64,000 nt of DNA from Sulfolobaceae archaeon (GCA_038893355.1 JAWARQ010000002.1:32001-96000); one strand, 5' to 3'; shown: positions 24,452 through 37,471, counted from the first letter of the stretch. Made by a program: numbers and translations. Notes: generated by a model from the sequence alone, not told the origin.

Positions 24452-24994
24452 ATGCCACTAAGACCTGGTAGATGTTATAGACATTTTTCTGGTCCTCCAT
24501 ATACTAGAAAAGAGTACATTGATGGTATCCCAAACCCAAAGATAACTAAATTTACAGCAGGTGATCCTAATAAGGACTATGATTATGAAGTAAGGGTCGT
24601 AGCAACAGAAATGGGTCAGATTAGGCATAATGCATTAGAGGCTGCTAGAGTTATAGCATTAAAGCAATTGTCAAAAAGGATAGGAAATGAAACAGACTTC
24701 TTCTTATGGGTAGTAAAGTATCCTCATCATGTATTAAGAGAAAATAAAATGATGGCATTTGCAGGAGCTGATAGATTGCAAGACGGAATGAGATTATCTT
24801 TCGGAAAGCCAATAGGAACTGCTGCAAGAATTGAAAAGATAGGTGATGTAATACTTTTAGCTAGGGTAAAAAAACAGCACCTAGAGGCTGCAAAGGAAGC
24901 ACTCAGAGTTGCAGCTTCTAAACTGCCGTTAAAGTGTAGAATAGATATAAAGGAATTAAAGCCTGCCGTGAAGGAGGAGGCTGTAAGTAGGTGA
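24452..24994 (+). CDS. rpl10e: 50S ribosomal protein L10e/uL16
   Basis: [23 protein letters not shown]. Confidence 0.97.
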   Translation: MPLRPGRCYRHFSGPPYTRKEYIDGIPNPKITKFTAGDPNKDYDYEVRVVATEMGQIRHNALEAARVIALKQLSKRIGNETDFFLWVVKYPHHVLRENKMMAFAGADRLQDGMRLSFGKPIGTAARIEKIGDVILLARVKKQHLEAAKEALRVAASKLPLKCRIDIKELKPAVKEEAVSR

Positions 24995-25992
24995 ATTATA
25001 ATTTCAACGAGACTTTTGTTATTGAAGAAATAAAAAGAAGAAATGCTAGAAAAGTTCTTTTACAATTTCCAGAAGGTTTAAGAATTTATTCTTTAGATAT
25101 TTTAAAAAAATTAAAAGAAGAATTAAGTAATGTAGAATTTATAATTTCGGCAGAACCAAATTGGGGAGCATGTGACGTTGCAGAAGATGAAGCGCAAATT
25201 TTAGGCGTAGATTTAATAGTACATTTTGGACATTCGCCCTATACATGGTACTTTCCTAAATTCCCTACAATCTTTGTTGAAGTAGAAAGTTTATTAGATA
25301 TTAACGAGAACATGCTAGAAGAAACAGTAGAGAAGTTAAGATATTATAATGCTAAAAAGGTTTCAATTAATGCTACGGCCCAACATAGGAGGTTAATAGG
25401 AAAAGTAAAAAGTTATCTAGAAAGATATTTTGAGGTAGTAATTGGAAAGCCATCAAATAAATTTATGTTTGATGGACAAGTATTGGGATGTGACTATTAT
25501 TCAGCACTTACTACTAATGCTGATACGCATGTAATTATATCCGGTGGAGTTTTCCATGCTATAGGTTTAGGGTTAGCTACAAATAAGCCTGTAATTAAAA
25601 TTGATCCGTATACCTCTAAAGTTGAAGACATTACTCCAATAGTATGGAAGACCTTAAAGGTCAGAATCAGTAAGGTTTTTGAGGCGATGAATGGTAAAAG
25701 ATGGGTTATAATTCAAGGTCTTAAAGTTGGGCAAAATAGACCACTGATGGTAAAATTTTTGAAAGAGAAGTTAGAGGAGAAGGGATTTGAAGTTTTTGTG
25801 GTAAGTAATAAAGTGCTTAGCGTAGATACTTTAAGAAACTTAGATAGAGGTAATGTTGATGTATTCGTAGTAACTTCATGCCCAAGGATACCTACTGATG
25901 ATCTATATGACTATGAAAAACCAGTCTTAACTCCAGGAGAGGCTAAAATGATTATTTTAAATAAATATGACAAATACATATTCCCGTGGTGA
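24991..25992 (+). CDS. dph2: Diphthamide biosynthesis protein Dph2
   Basis: QFPEG, WGACD, HFGH, GQVLGC, SCPR. Confidence 0.93.
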   Translation: MNYNFNETFVIEEIKRRNARKVLLQFPEGLRIYSLDILKKLKEELSNVEFIISAEPNWGACDVAEDEAQILGVDLIVHFGHSPYTWYFPKFPTIFVEVESLLDINENMLEETVEKLRYYNAKKVSINATAQHRRLIGKVKSYLERYFEVVIGKPSNKFMFDGQVLGCDYYSALTTNADTHVIISGGVFHAIGLGLATNKPVIKIDPYTSKVEDITPIVWKTLKVRISKVFEAMNGKRWVIIQGLKVGQNRPLMVKFLKEKLEEKGFEVFVVSNKVLSVDTLRNLDRGNVDVFVVTSCPRIPTDDLYDYEKPVLTPGEAKMIILNKYDKYIFPW

Positions 25993-25998
25993 GCTATA

Positions 25999-26577
25999 AT
26001 GAGGAAACAAGGAGAATTAGTGCTCCCAGGCGAGTACTTAAATGTTCTTGAAGAGTTTACGGTAGGTGATGGTGTATATGAGATAAATGGAATAGTAAGA
26101 GCTTCAGTTATAGGAAAAATATTTTATGATATGATAAATAGAAGAGCGAATGTAATTGTAATTAAGAGACCCATATTTCAAGATTTAAAAAGAGCTAAAT
26201 ATGTAATTGGACAAGTAATTTCTATTAAAGAGGATATTGCATATGTAAATATTCATAGTATTGAGGAAAGGTATTTAACAACGAATATAACCGGGTATGT
26301 ACATATTTCACAGATTACCAATAAGTACGTGAATAATATATTAGATATGTTAAAAGTAGGAGATATTATAAAGGCCAAACCATTAGCCAACATCATACCA
26401 ATACCTCTAACTATAAAGCAAAAAGATCTTGGAGTTATTTATGCAAGATGTTCAGTATGTGGTAGTACTTTGGTAAAGAGGGACGAAGAACATTTAATTT
26501 GCCCTAATTGTAATAATGTAGAGACAAGAAAATTAGGAGTATATCTGGTGAAAAAAATTGCAGGTCAGAGTCATTAA
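25999..26577 (+). CDS. csl4: Exosome subunit Csl4
   Basis: VLPGE start, S1 domain, C-terminal Zn ribbon with ETRK. Confidence 0.92.
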   Translation: MRKQGELVLPGEYLNVLEEFTVGDGVYEINGIVRASVIGKIFYDMINRRANVIVIKRPIFQDLKRAKYVIGQVISIKEDIAYVNIHSIEERYLTTNITGYVHISQITNKYVNNILDMLKVGDIIKAKPLANIIPIPLTIKQKDLGVIYARCSVCGSTLVKRDEEHLICPNCNNVETRKLGVYLVKKIAGQSH

Positions 26578-26842
26578 AAGTACAATTAACTATTTAGAAC
26601 TAGAGGTAGAAGGAGAAGAGCATACTTTAGGAAATCTAATAAGTGGAATATTACGTGAAATCAAAGGAGTAAAATTTGCCTCTTATTACCAACCTCATCC
26701 TTTAATTCAAAAAATTGTAATAAAGATATTGACTGATGGGTCTATATCGCCAAAAGAAGCATTGTTAAAAGCAATAAACAATGCAAAAGAAATAACCAAA
26801 AAATACTTAGAGGAAATTAAAGAAATTGAAAAAGGAAGCTAG
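26558..26842 (+). CDS. rpoL: RNA polymerase subunit L (Rpo11)
   Basis: [16 protein letters not shown]. Confidence 0.94.
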   Translation: MQVRVIKSTINYLELEVEGEEHTLGNLISGILREIKGVKFASYYQPHPLIQKIVIKILTDGSISPKEALLKAINNAKEITKKYLEEIKEIEKGS

Positions 26843-27092
26843 AGTAGGAGTAATTATAAAGGCTAATAAATTATACGGTATTTGTATATTTAGGGGAAAA
26901 TTTCTAGAGCATTTATTTTTAGGATATTCTGCGGAAGATGTCTTAAAAAAATTAGAAGATAGTAGAGTTATTGAGGAGATTAGATATAGTAATTTTAATG
27001 TAGGTAATTCATTTGTTGATGAGGCAAATAACGAGAAAATAGTCATGTGCAGAAGGATTATAGAAACAATTGATAAAAAGTTAAATATATGA
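26826..27092 (+). CDS. Hypothetical protein
   Basis: 88-aa ORF within the operon between rpoL and tfs. Confidence 0.6.
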   Translation: MKKEARVGVIIKANKLYGICIFRGKFLEHLFLGYSAEDVLKKLEDSRVIEEIRYSNFNVGNSFVDEANNEKIVMCRRIIETIDKKLNI

Positions 27093-27123
27093 GTAGAGTA
27101 ACCTAGATTTTATGTGATCAATA

Positions 27124-27453
27124 TTGAAGTTCTGTCCAAAGTGTAACAGCCTAATGACGCCTAGGAAAATAAATAATAAGTCAATATATAAATGCAATAA
27201 ATGTGGATATGAAGAAGAGGCAAAACAATCAATAACCATATCCACTAAAGTAAAGCATACTGAAAAAGAGAAAATGTTGGTTATAGAAGAAGAGAAGCCT
27301 ATAGGTGCACAAAGGATAAGAGGAATTGTATGCCCTTCTTGTGGAAATGATGAGGCATATTTTTGGATTTTACAAACTAGAAGAGCAGACGAACCGCCTA
27401 CTAGATTTTATAGATGTACAAAATGTAATAAGGTTTGGAGAGAATACGAATAG
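27124..27453 (+). CDS. tfs: Transcription factor S
   Basis: Two Zn ribbons; QTRRADEP. Confidence 0.95.
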   Translation: MKFCPKCNSLMTPRKINNKSIYKCNKCGYEEEAKQSITISTKVKHTEKEKMLVIEEEKPIGAQRIRGIVCPSCGNDEAYFWILQTRRADEPPTRFYRCTKCNKVWREYE

Positions 27454-27497
27454 CTATACCGCAAACGTTATTTTTAAGTTGATATATATTATCTTAC

Positions 27498-27588
<91 letters not shown>

Positions 27589-28050
27589 CTACTCTAAAGC
27601 TTCTCTCCTTAATAAGTCTTTTACCATAACATACGCATGTTTACCTCTACCATAGTAATTTTTATGAAATTTTACTATAATATATCCCATTTTTCTATAA
27701 AAATTAATAGCAGGAGTATTATTTATTGCGACTTCGAGATAAGAATATCTACAATTAAAATCCTTAAATCTCCTTTCCAGTTCAGATACTAACATACTCC
27801 CTATTCCCTTATTTCTCCATTCTCTTCTTACTGCAATAGATACGATATGACCCCTTATATTGAATTGTATAACACCAATAATGTAGCCCAAAACTAGATC
27901 TTGTTCTTTTGCTACTAAATACAAATTTCCTGAAATGTATAAATATGCTCTTAATAAGGAAAACGGATAGGGATTTTCAAATGATTCTCGTTCTATATCA
28001 TATATCTGGAATAAATCCTCTTCAGTAGCTCTACTTATAATTACTGACAT
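27589..28050 (-). CDS. RimI/Ard1-family GNAT acetyltransferase
   Basis: GHIVSIAV, RNKGIG, LEV..N..AINFY; start moved to ATG 28050. Confidence 0.88.
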   Translation of the reverse strand: MSVIISRATEEDLFQIYDIERESFENPYPFSLLRAYLYISGNLYLVAKEQDLVLGYIIGVIQFNIRGHIVSIAVRREWRNKGIGSMLVSELERRFKDFNCRYSYLEVAINNTPAINFYRKMGYIIVKFHKNYYGRGKHAYVMVKDLLRREALE

Positions 28051-28069
28051 TACTATAAACGTATTAGAG

Positions 28070-29089
28070 ATGCAAGTATTAGAATTCAATGAAAAAAAGG
28101 GTATATTAAAGATTAAGGTAGAGGATGAGGACGATTTGTGGATCTTAAATTACTCATTAGAAAAAGGGGATAGGGTTATAGCTAGGACAACTAGAGACGT
28201 TAGCTTAGGTAATGAAGCTAGAAGGATTCCGATAATTGTAGAGCTAGAGGTAGAAAAAACGGAATTCCAGGCATTTACATCAAGATTAAGGATTCATGGT
28301 GTAATTCTTGATGCGCCAGAAAGATATGGAATAAAAGGATCCCACCATACTATAAACTTAGATATAGGGGACGAAATTGTAATAATTAAAGGAAAATGGA
28401 AATCTCATATATTAAGTAAAATATTTAAAAAAGCTGAAAAAAGGTTTAAAGTTTTAATAGCAATAGTGGATTTTGATGAATTTTTAATAGCAGTGCCTAT
28501 GTTACAAGGAATTAAAATACTAGAAGAGAAGAGCCTTAGGAGCATAACGAAAGAAGAGGATGTAATAGAGAAAAATGCAGAAGAGATCGCTAAAATAATA
28601 AAGGATTATTCTATAAGATTAGAAGTTGATGCGGTAATTATAGCAGGCCCTGGACCTTTTAAAGAGATAGTTAACAAAAAGCTTGATCTAAAAAATAAAA
28701 AGGTTTACTTAGACTCAGTATCATCTGCAACTAGAGCAGGATTAAATGAATTACTAAGAAGGGATATAATCACTCAAGTTGTTAGAGATTATGAGCTCTC
28801 TGAAGCACAAAAAATTTATGAGAAATTTATGGAGGAATTAGCTAAGGGAAGTAAATTAGTTGGATATGGTATAGAAGAAATCAAGAATGCAGCAATTTAC
28901 AATGCAGTTTCTAGTGTTCTAGTATTAGAAGACCTTCTAGGAGAGAACAGGGAAATTATAAATAACATTCTTGACGAAATCGAAAAGAGAAATGGAAGGG
29001 TGTATATAATTCCAAGAGATTCGCCTATATATTATCAAGTGAAGAGCTTAGGTGGAATAATTGCATTACTCAGATTTCCTATATATTAA
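28070..29089 (+). CDS. pelA: Pelota/Dom34 ribosome rescue factor
   Basis: [27 protein letters not shown]. Confidence 0.94.
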   Translation: MQVLEFNEKKGILKIKVEDEDDLWILNYSLEKGDRVIARTTRDVSLGNEARRIPIIVELEVEKTEFQAFTSRLRIHGVILDAPERYGIKGSHHTINLDIGDEIVIIKGKWKSHILSKIFKKAEKRFKVLIAIVDFDEFLIAVPMLQGIKILEEKSLRSITKEEDVIEKNAEEIAKIIKDYSIRLEVDAVIIAGPGPFKEIVNKKLDLKNKKVYLDSVSSATRAGLNELLRRDIITQVVRDYELSEAQKIYEKFMEELAKGSKLVGYGIEEIKNAAIYNAVSSVLVLEDLLGENREIINNILDEIEKRNGRVYIIPRDSPIYYQVKSLGGIIALLRFPIY

Positions 29090-30148
29090 TTCTTCCGTAA
29101 TTCTTAGCCTTCTAGCATCAGGATGTTCCTCAATCAATACTATTTCATCAATTTTCTCTCTATATTTTTCTATAATATCATTAATATGTTTAACAGAAAC
29201 ATAATAACCGTTACCTTCCCTTCTACTTTCACCATAATCCGAAAGGTCGACATTAGTTTTTACAAAGGCTCTAATAATAGTACCTTCTCCGCTTATCTCT
29301 TCATAGGGTTTAGTGGAGTATCGAGCAGTTCGTAAAAATCTAGTTCTCGTTTCCACTAAATCCTTATAAATCGAACTACAATAATGAACTATAATCTTAT
29401 CCTCACTAAATCTTTTAATTATCTTTTCTGCAGTTTCAGCACTTCCTTTAGCACCAGTGAGACCATGTGCAACTTTAAAACCACGAATGATCATATTTTG
29501 TATGTTTCTTTCATTTATTTCTAATTCATTTAAGTTAACAAATTTAACTTTCTTTGATTTCGCCCATTCAATTAATTTAATTATTTTTTCCTCATCTCCT
29601 GGTATTGCAGGTATTTCGATCCCCACATCGAAAGAATAATTTAATGCCTTCTCTACTGCAACTAAATACTCTTCTTTAATGGGATGAAACCTAATTTCAT
29701 CTAACCCTACCCTCTCTAGAGCCCTTAGAACTTCATGAGTTACATATCTTCCAGTAGTATATAAATGAATATGAAATCCTTCTCCAAATTCTTCCTTTAA
29801 AAGTTTTATTAAATTAGTAACTCTATCTAGCCTTAAAATAGGATCACCACCAGTTATTCCAGCTCCAAGTGCATTCATCCTATATGCTTCATAGATAAAT
29901 TCAATTAAATTATTAATTTTTGCTTCATTTGCAAATATTACATCTTTTCCAAATCTTTCAGAGCTGACTGGGCAATAAAAACAATTATCATCGCACTCAC
30001 CAGTTATAAATACTACTAATTTAGAACCTAATCTACATAATTCACAACCTTTCGGCAAAATCCCGTTATAAAGTCCTATTTCCTTATTTCCTAAGATCGG
30101 CAATTCTATTCTGAATAAAAACTCTGGCTTCTGGATTTTTAACTTCAT
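29066..30148 (-). CDS. Conserved archaeal radical SAM protein
   Basis: CxxxCxxC (CDDNCFYC), TGGDP, LDEIRFH; true start probably somewhat downstream. Confidence 0.85.
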   Translation of the reverse strand: MKLKIQKPEFLFRIELPILGNKEIGLYNGILPKGCELCRLGSKLVVFITGECDDNCFYCPVSSERFGKDVIFANEAKINNLIEFIYEAYRMNALGAGITGGDPILRLDRVTNLIKLLKEEFGEGFHIHLYTTGRYVTHEVLRALERVGLDEIRFHPIKEEYLVAVEKALNYSFDVGIEIPAIPGDEEKIIKLIEWAKSKKVKFVNLNELEINERNIQNMIIRGFKVAHGLTGAKGSAETAEKIIKRFSEDKIIVHYCSSIYKDLVETRTRFLRTARYSTKPYEEISGEGTIIRAFVKTNVDLSDYGESRREGNGYYVSVKHINDIIEKYREKIDEIVLIEEHPDARRLRITEELIYRKSE

Positions 30149-30620
30149 CTAATAGTTTGTATAAGTAGTATAACTCCTCCCTCGAGTTAATGGGTAGATT
30201 TGCTTGAATCTTAGGAAGACCCTCATTTCCTCCTTCAGTAAAGTACCAATCCTTAAACCATACGAATCCTGCATATAATAGAGAGAGGCCTAATGGCGTA
30301 TTTACTATAGCTTCACCTTTGTACAAAAGTTCTCTTGTTTCATAATCTTTATGATAAGTTACAAAGATCTTTCCACCATTACCTAATTCTCTTCTAATAT
30401 AGGAAAATAAACTAATCTCAATTCTTTCTCTTCTTGGCCAAGGGTCATAAATTATTTCAATCCAAGGCTTATACTCTCCTCTACCAGAAAAGTAGAATGA
30501 CTTTCCAACATATTTATCATCTATATATAAATCAAATGTATATAATTCTCTAATGTGTAAATTCTTCAGATTTTTTATAGTTATGGAATGTTTATCGTCT
30601 ATTTTACCCTCTCGAATCAA
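30084..30620 (-). CDS. DUF1122-like protein
   Basis: [17 protein letters not shown] motif. Confidence 0.75.
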   Translation of the reverse strand: MIREGKIDDKHSITIKNLKNLHIRELYTFDLYIDDKYVGKSFYFSGRGEYKPWIEIIYDPWPRRERIEISLFSYIRRELGNGGKIFVTYHKDYETRELLYKGEAIVNTPLGLSLLYAGFVWFKDWYFTEGGNEGLPKIQANLPINSREELYYLYKLLDEVKNPEARVFIQNRIADLRK

Positions 30621-31266
30621 TTACCCTCCTAAAGAATTTATTAGTTTTATATAAATATCTTATTGCACTTTGGAAATCCTCTTCGGGTGATAATAAGTAA
30701 TATAAAAATACTCCAGAATGTCCCCTTTCTTCTCTTTTAGTAAGTAATTCCTCTCTCATTCTAATTGTATCAACTGAGATCTTCAGTATCTTACATGCAT
30801 AATCTTCATTACCTTTTAAAGGTAACTGTATATGGCCATTCTCTGTAGGAATAATTAACTCGAGCCTCTTATTAACCCCTGGTACTCTCTTACCGCTAAT
30901 TATTCCCTCGTAATCTAAAATTCCTCCAAACCAATAAAATTCTAACTCTTCTCTCCTTAATTTCGTAATAGGAAACGATATCACTATTTTCTCATCGGCA
31001 TCTAGCGATATGTAAGCCTTTGGTGTAGAATAGGGCGTTGGTTGTACTATAAATTTATGATGAGCTTCTAACAAATCTAGCTTTAGTATATTTGGTTCAA
31101 AGACTACAATATCAATATCACTATCTGCATTTACATCACCCCTTGCAACAGATCCATATACGAAACCATTCTGAAGTAGATCTCTCAGCTTATTAAGAAC
31201 TTCAATTGCAATTCCCCTTTTAGATTTTAATAATTCCCAGTGCTCCTTCGTGTATACTATATCCAT
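30604..31266 (-). CDS. Pol-beta-superfamily nucleotidyltransferase
   Basis: YGSVARGD...SDIDI; RVPGVNKRL. Confidence 0.85.
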   Translation of the reverse strand: MDIVYTKEHWELLKSKRGIAIEVLNKLRDLLQNGFVYGSVARGDVNADSDIDIVVFEPNILKLDLLEAHHKFIVQPTPYSTPKAYISLDADEKIVISFPITKLRREELEFYWFGGILDYEGIISGKRVPGVNKRLELIIPTENGHIQLPLKGNEDYACKILKISVDTIRMREELLTKREERGHSGVFLYYLLSPEEDFQSAIRYLYKTNKFFRRVIDSRG

Positions 31267-31305
31267 GTATTATAATTTATATTTTGGATTAAAATAAGAG
31301 AACTT

Positions 31306-32388
31306 ATGAATCCTTATGTTATTGCACTAGTAATCTTTATACTTTTTTGGATAATGATTTATGCACTCAGAAATCGTTTAAAGAAATACGGTTTAGAAGT
31401 ATATCCATTACTACTCTTGTGGAAGAGGAAATCTAGGGAAGAGTGGTTTCCTAAAATTTCAAGGTCAAAATATTATATAGTATTTGATAAATTTTCAATA
31501 ATTTTAGGAATTATCTCAATGATTGGCGGAATTTATTTAATATATATGGTACTGATAAATTTAATACTTAGCCCTAATAATTCAACCATTAGGCTTCAAC
31601 CAATAATACCTCTAGTTACTGTGGGTCTTGATCAATTACCATATTTATTACTCTCACTATCAATTTCTGTAGCATTACATGAAATATTTCATGCTATATC
31701 AGCAACCTCAAATAATGTTAAAATTAAAAGTGGAGGTATTCTAATTCTAGGAATATTCCTTGGGGCTTTTGTAGAGCCAGATGAAAAATCTTTCAATAGT
31801 GCACCATTAGTAAGCAAATTGAAAATAATTTCTTCTGGAATAGCATTGAACTTAATTCTTAGTTTGCTATTCTTACCTATAATATTAAATATTCCCTCAT
31901 TATCACAGGGCGCATTAATTACTAATGTAGAACCTAATTCTCCAGCATTTAATTCTTCAATTAAACCATCTTACATAATATTGGAAATTAACAACCAAAC
32001 GATAAAAACACCTCAAGATGTTTCCAAATACCTAAGACCGGGGAGTTTAAATTATATAACGCTATTAACCTCATCTTCAGAGGTGAAAGAAGTAAGTGTA
32101 TATATTCCAAATTCTACTGGAAAATTAGGGGTTATGCTAAATTATTACTTTCCTACTCCTCTAAATTGGATAATATACTTTTCAATCTGGATGTTTAACA
32201 TAAATCTTAGCTTATCACTACTAAATGGTGCTCCATTAATAATTACTGATGGTGCTAAAATATTCACAGAAATAATGAAGAGAAAATTTGGAGAGTTAGG
32301 AGAAAGAATTTCCTTTGGACTTCAATTAGTAATTATATTATCATTAGTATCTGCAATTTATCTTTCTCTTATTAGTCCTCTTGGATAA
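31306..32388 (+). CDS. Site-2 protease (M50) with PDZ domain
   Basis: HEIFH, GAFVEP, NGAP..TDG. Confidence 0.9.
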   Translation: MNPYVIALVIFILFWIMIYALRNRLKKYGLEVYPLLLLWKRKSREEWFPKISRSKYYIVFDKFSIILGIISMIGGIYLIYMVLINLILSPNNSTIRLQPIIPLVTVGLDQLPYLLLSLSISVALHEIFHAISATSNNVKIKSGGILILGIFLGAFVEPDEKSFNSAPLVSKLKIISSGIALNLILSLLFLPIILNIPSLSQGALITNVEPNSPAFNSSIKPSYIILEINNQTIKTPQDVSKYLRPGSLNYITLLTSSSEVKEVSVYIPNSTGKLGVMLNYYFPTPLNWIIYFSIWMFNINLSLSLLNGAPLIITDGAKIFTEIMKRKFGELGERISFGLQLVIILSLVSAIYLSLISPLG

Positions 32389-33865
32389 TTTTTGAACTTA
32401 GCATGGGGAAAGGAATAACTTCTTTAATACTATAATTTGAAGTAAGAAGCATCACTAATCTATCTATTCCTATCCCTAAACCACCGGTTGGTGGCATACC
32501 GTAGCTAAGAGCTCTTATAAAATCTTTATCGTATGGATGTGCTTCCTCATCACCGCTCTTTAACATTTCTTGCTCTCTCCTAAAGAATTCATCTTGAAGT
32601 ATAGGATCATTAAGTTCAGTATAGGCATTTGCTAACTCCATTCCACCGATATATAATTCAAAACGTTCTACTAAACCTTTCTTATTCTTGTCCCTATGAG
32701 GTTTGCACAAGGGGGTAGTCTCTACTGGATAGTCGTAGATAAAAGTAGGTTCTATCAGATTTGGAGTAACTAGTTTATCGAAAAGCTTTTCTATCATCAG
32801 ACCTCTAACATATACTCCGCCTCTAGGCTTAATCCCTAACTTTTGAAGGTATCCTCTTAATTCGTCATCTGAAATGTTTTCAACATTCTTACCTAAAACA
32901 TTTGATAAAGATTCAAACATACTTAGCCTTCTAAATCGTTTTGAAAGGTCTATCTCAAATTCTCTATCTAAACCCTTATATCTTATTATTGTAGTACCTA
33001 AAACCTTTTTAGTAACCTCCCTTATCATCTCTTCTGTTAATTCCATAATATCATTATAATCTGCATATGCCCAATATAATTCTAGCAACGTAAACTCTGG
33101 ATTATGTGTAACATCAATATCCTCATTTCTAAAAACCTTTCCTATTTCAAACACCTTATTAAATCCACCAATAATATATCTCTTTAAGTAAAGCTCTAGA
33201 GATATTCTTAAGTACCAATCTTCATCTAGATAATTTACGTGAGTCTTAAAGGGTTTAGCTAAAGCACCACCATATACTGGTTGTACAACTGGAGTCTCTA
33301 CTTCAATAAAGCCCTTATTATATAAAAATTCCCTAATTTCCCTAATGACCTTAAACCTAATCTCCATAGTTCTCCTTGCGTTATCATTATAGAGAAAATC
33401 AATGTATCTATGTGCATATCTAAACTCTGGTGATAATTTAGTCCAATCTGGAGGCTCAATTAGTGCTTTCGATAACAATTCATAATCCCTTACTAGTAAC
33501 GATAGCTCTCCACGAATCGTATAAAATAGATCACCCTTTACTCCTATTATATCCCCTCTATCAAAAATTTCAAAGAACTCATCATATCTTTGACCAAGTT
33601 CATTGACTCTTAATAATAACTGTAATTTTTCACCCTCATCGAATATGTCAACAAAAGATAACTTCCCATGCCTTCTTATATTTGCAATTCTACCCGCTGT
33701 CGAAATATTAAACATAAAGGCTTCATTAGATTTCTTATCAAAATTTTTACTAATCTCCCTAATCTGAGGTATAGTATGAGTAATCTGATACTTATGAGGA
33801 TATGGATTAATTCCCTTCTTTCTCAAATTCTCTAAAACCTTTAACCTATTTTCGTCCCACTTCAA
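32372..33865 (-). CDS. lysS: Lysyl-tRNA synthetase, class II
   Basis: [28 protein letters not shown]. Confidence 0.97.
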   Translation of the reverse strand: MKWDENRLKVLENLRKKGINPYPHKYQITHTIPQIREISKNFDKKSNEAFMFNISTAGRIANIRRHGKLSFVDIFDEGEKLQLLLRVNELGQRYDEFFEIFDRGDIIGVKGDLFYTIRGELSLLVRDYELLSKALIEPPDWTKLSPEFRYAHRYIDFLYNDNARRTMEIRFKVIREIREFLYNKGFIEVETPVVQPVYGGALAKPFKTHVNYLDEDWYLRISLELYLKRYIIGGFNKVFEIGKVFRNEDIDVTHNPEFTLLELYWAYADYNDIMELTEEMIREVTKKVLGTTIIRYKGLDREFEIDLSKRFRRLSMFESLSNVLGKNVENISDDELRGYLQKLGIKPRGGVYVRGLMIEKLFDKLVTPNLIEPTFIYDYPVETTPLCKPHRDKNKKGLVERFELYIGGMELANAYTELNDPILQDEFFRREQEMLKSGDEEAHPYDKDFIRALSYGMPPTGGLGIGIDRLVMLLTSNYSIKEVIPFPMLSSKIIQED

Positions 33866-33949
33866 CTCTAACTCTTGTTTAAATACTTACAACCTTCTAT
33901 AAATATTATCCACTCGTTTTTTAATTATGAAATAAGGTAGTATAATATA

Positions 33950-34978
33950 GTGTTAAGGCTTCAAAATAGGGATTTTATAAGGATTGGGTATGATGTAGAA
34001 TTACCGTTAATAGGTAGTATTGCATTTGGAATTATAGATAGGGGAACAAATATACTACAAGTTAGAGCTAATAGTTATTGTCCTTTAAATTGTATATTCT
34101 GCTCTACAGACGCAGGGCCTAATTCTAGATGGAGAAGATGTGAGTACAGAGTAGATAAAGATCTTTTAGTATCATGGGTTAAGGAAGTTGTTAAGTTTAA
34201 GAAGAAAGATGTAGAGATACATTTAGATAGTGTAGGAGAACCATTAATGTATGATAAATTACCTGACCTAATTCAAGAACTAAAGTCTATACCAAATGTG
34301 AAGGTAGTAAGTATTCAAACTCATGGTTCCTTACTTAGTTATAAGTATGCCGAACGTTTAACTTCAGCAGGATTAGATAGGATAAATCTTAGCATCGATA
34401 CCTTAGATCAAGAAAAGGCGAAGTACTTACAAGGAGCAGAATGGTATAACGTTAAGAGAATAATGGAAATAACTGAATGGATCTTAAGAAATACTAATAC
34501 TGATATACTACTAGCACCAGTATTATTGCATGGAATTAATGATACTGATGTGGAGGATGTAATAAAGTGGGGTAAAAGTATAGGAGTAGGTAAGAGATTT
34601 CCCGGATTTGGTATTCAAGTATTTATGAAACATAAGCATGGCAGAATTCCTAAAGATGTAAAAATCATTAATATGAAAAAATTCGAAAAAATTCTTTTAT
34701 TATGGGAGAAGAAATATAATGTAAAATTAAGATTAAGTGAGGAGGATTTTGGTATCAAAAAGCTTCCTATGATACCCACAATTTTTAAGGAAGGAGAAAA
34801 GGTGAAAGTTAAGATAGTTGCACCAGGTTGGTTAAAAAATGAGTGGTTAGCGGTCCCAGTTGGTAAAGAAGAGAGTAGAGTCATAACCGTTATTGGCAAA
34901 GAGTTAGATATAGAATCTAAAATTAATGTTAGAATAATTAAAAATAAACATAATATATATTTAGCCCGACCCTTATAA
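33950..34978 (+). CDS. Archaeal radical SAM protein with C-terminal TRAM-like domain
   Basis: FGIIDRGTN, CPLNCIFC, GEP. Confidence 0.85.
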   Translation: MLRLQNRDFIRIGYDVELPLIGSIAFGIIDRGTNILQVRANSYCPLNCIFCSTDAGPNSRWRRCEYRVDKDLLVSWVKEVVKFKKKDVEIHLDSVGEPLMYDKLPDLIQELKSIPNVKVVSIQTHGSLLSYKYAERLTSAGLDRINLSIDTLDQEKAKYLQGAEWYNVKRIMEITEWILRNTNTDILLAPVLLHGINDTDVEDVIKWGKSIGVGKRFPGFGIQVFMKHKHGRIPKDVKIINMKKFEKILLLWEKKYNVKLRLSEEDFGIKKLPMIPTIFKEGEKVKVKIVAPGWLKNEWLAVPVGKEESRVITVIGKELDIESKINVRIIKNKHNIYLARPL

Positions 34979-35555
34979 CCTCGCTATCTCATTAACTCTT
35001 TATTATTCATTTATTCCAAATATTTCATAAAAGAGGGCAAAAAGATAACTGGATAATACTACTTAAGATGTAATATACTTTTAATCTTTAATAAATTGCT
35101 TATAGGGCACAACTTTTCCTTACTTTTAATTACGCCACGGTACCTCTCTTACGGTTACAAAATTATGTTTATAAGAGGCACAGCACGTAGTAACTCTTAA
35201 GAATCATAAACTTTCACCCTTAACTTATTGGGGCTAGTCGAGGGAAACGAAATATAAACATAATTCATAATAAAGATAATATCGAGAATTGATTAAAAGT
35301 AGTTAAAAATTTTGTAAAATTGTTATAGTCTACCCGTAATTTGATTAAGAAAAGATACGATTAAAAGAGAATTTAGAGTTACGTAAAACTTTATTAGAAA
35401 TTAAAAGTCATAAGGATTTCTAAACCCTCGAAAATCATCATTATATCAATATTTCTTTACCGTTCAGTATAATCCCACTTTCTTTTTCACTATCTAGAAA
35501 TTATTGCGATGATTATTAAAGAGAGCTTTATTAATAAATAATAAAAAGAAACACT

Positions 35556-36263
35556 ATGGCTACTGAAGAACTATACCTAAAGGATTGCTATATAAGAGAA
35601 TTTAAGGGAAAGGTAATTAGAGTAACAGATGATGGAGGTATTATTCTTGATAAAACTGCATTTTATCCAGGAGGCGGTGGACTAGATGCAGACACTGGTG
35701 TGATAGTTTTTAACGGAAATGAATTCATAGTTAAAAAAGTCTATAGAAGTGAAAATGGAGAAATAATTCACTTAATAGGTCGAAAAATTGAGGAAGGAAG
35801 TGAAGTCATAGGGAAAATAGATTGGGAAAAGAGATATAGGATTATGAGACTACATACAGCATCTCATATAATAGCAGCTATTGCATTTAACAAATATGGT
35901 GCATTAATCACAGGTGGTCATATAACTGCAGAATATGCCAAAGATGATTTTAATCTGGACGAAAAGGAGAAATTAATTGACATAATAGAACAAGCTAATG
36001 AAATTGCTAAGAGGGGTATAGAAGTAAAAATATATTTCTTGCCAAGGGAAGAGGCATTAAAGATTCCAGGAATAGTAAAGCTTGCAGAAAGAAATCCACC
36101 TAATTTACCAATATGGAGAATAGTTGAAATTCCAGGAATAGATATTCAGGCTGATGGAGGACCACATGTTAAAAATACAAGCGAAATTGGTGAGATTGTA
36201 TTGCTAAAAATAGAGAATAAAGGTAAGGGTAGGAAAAGAGTCTATTATAATGTAAAGCCGTAG
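35556..36263 (+). CDS. alaX: AlaX trans-editing protein
   Basis: FYPGGGG, HTASH, DGGPHV. Confidence 0.92.
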   Translation: MATEELYLKDCYIREFKGKVIRVTDDGGIILDKTAFYPGGGGLDADTGVIVFNGNEFIVKKVYRSENGEIIHLIGRKIEEGSEVIGKIDWEKRYRIMRLHTASHIIAAIAFNKYGALITGGHITAEYAKDDFNLDEKEKLIDIIEQANEIAKRGIEVKIYFLPREEALKIPGIVKLAERNPPNLPIWRIVEIPGIDIQADGGPHVKNTSEIGEIVLLKIENKGKGRKRVYYNVKP

Positions 36264-36378
36264 AACTTAAAAATCATCAGAACTGCAAGTTAACCACTTA
36301 CAGAAAGTGATTAGACCACTAAATATGAAGAATCAAATTTCCGAAAATAATTAAAATTCTAAGCTATTTTACTATCTT

Positions 36379-36924
36379 GTGAGCTACTATATTTTAGAAA
36401 AATTGAAGAATGAACTATTATTATCAGATGCAGAAATAGAATTTGCAATAAATAAGGCAAAAGGCATATTATTAGGATATGCAATGGAGTATAGGGCATG
36501 TAAAATTTTAGAAAGATATAATTTTAAAAATATAAAGTATGTAAACTTACCAACACATGATATAGAGGCAGAGAAAGAAGGGGAGAAATATTATATTGAA
36601 GTAAAGGCGACTAGCAAATCACCAACCAGAGAATATACTGCACATAAGGTCGTAATGATTGCATTATTAGATGGTACACACTTAACACTTTTAATGAAAC
36701 CTAAAGAGGAACTTTACCTAACTAGACAAATATTAAGTGAACCTAAAAGAGTATTATATGATTTCTTTAAAACTTTAAGAACAAGAGGGGAAGTAGAAGC
36801 TATAAGGTTCATAGAGAACCCTATACACTATAACATACTTAAAAGTTATCAGCGAGTTCTATTTACTTATAAAAACCTACTCACTAAAAAGATAATTGAA
36901 TTACTTAATATTTCTTCTTATTGA
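36379..36924 (+). CDS. PD-(D/E)XK nuclease-family protein
   Basis: E...HDIEA...YIEVKA catalytic pattern. Confidence 0.7.
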   Translation: MSYYILEKLKNELLLSDAEIEFAINKAKGILLGYAMEYRACKILERYNFKNIKYVNLPTHDIEAEKEGEKYYIEVKATSKSPTREYTAHKVVMIALLDGTHLTLLMKPKEELYLTRQILSEPKRVLYDFFKTLRTRGEVEAIRFIENPIHYNILKSYQRVLFTYKNLLTKKIIELLNISSY

Positions 36925-37437
36925 ATCTAATTTCTTCTCCTTAAGATCAATCTCTGCTCTATCTAAGTATTTATAAACAGTAGAATGTTGTCTACCATCC
37001 ATTAGCATTAAAATTGCATTTTTAGCAACCTCTACTTGATCATAACTCCCAAGAATTGCAATATAATTATCTCCAACTTGTATTACCACATCAGTATATT
37101 GCTGAATTATTTTCTTAGTCCTACCGTGTTCTCCAATTATTCTACCTTTTATCCTCCTCATTTCTTCCTGATTTCTTGTAAATTCTTTTAAATCTATTAC
37201 CTCAAGCCTATAATCATCACTAAGTAGCTTCATTGCATCTTCGACTTTAAAACCATAATTTATTGCTTTAATTACATTAATTACCTTTAAAGTATCATAA
37301 ACATTTCCAGAGTTCGGAATTACTCTAATATTTTTACTTTTCTCATCTATGAGTATCTTCACATTAACAATCCTTTCTAGATCACTTACTATCTTCTTAA
37401 TAACTGGTATCTTATCATCATTTAGACTCACATACAC
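36901..37437 (-). CDS. KH-domain rRNA processing protein (Dim2/Pno1-like)
   Basis: GRIIGEHG, GRQHSTVY. Confidence 0.88.
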   Translation of the reverse strand: MYVSLNDDKIPVIKKIVSDLERIVNVKILIDEKSKNIRVIPNSGNVYDTLKVINVIKAINYGFKVEDAMKLLSDDYRLEVIDLKEFTRNQEEMRRIKGRIIGEHGRTKKIIQQYTDVVIQVGDNYIAILGSYDQVEVAKNAILMLMDGRQHSTVYKYLDRAEIDLKEKKLDSIRRNIK

Positions 37438-37471
37438 TTATTAACACCTTCCTAAATTGTCTTTCCTAATA

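Noticed and set aside
36264-36378. Possible box C/D sRNA in the alaX downstream gap (CTGATGA on minus strand)
   Set aside because: No correctly ordered C, D', C', D boxes found
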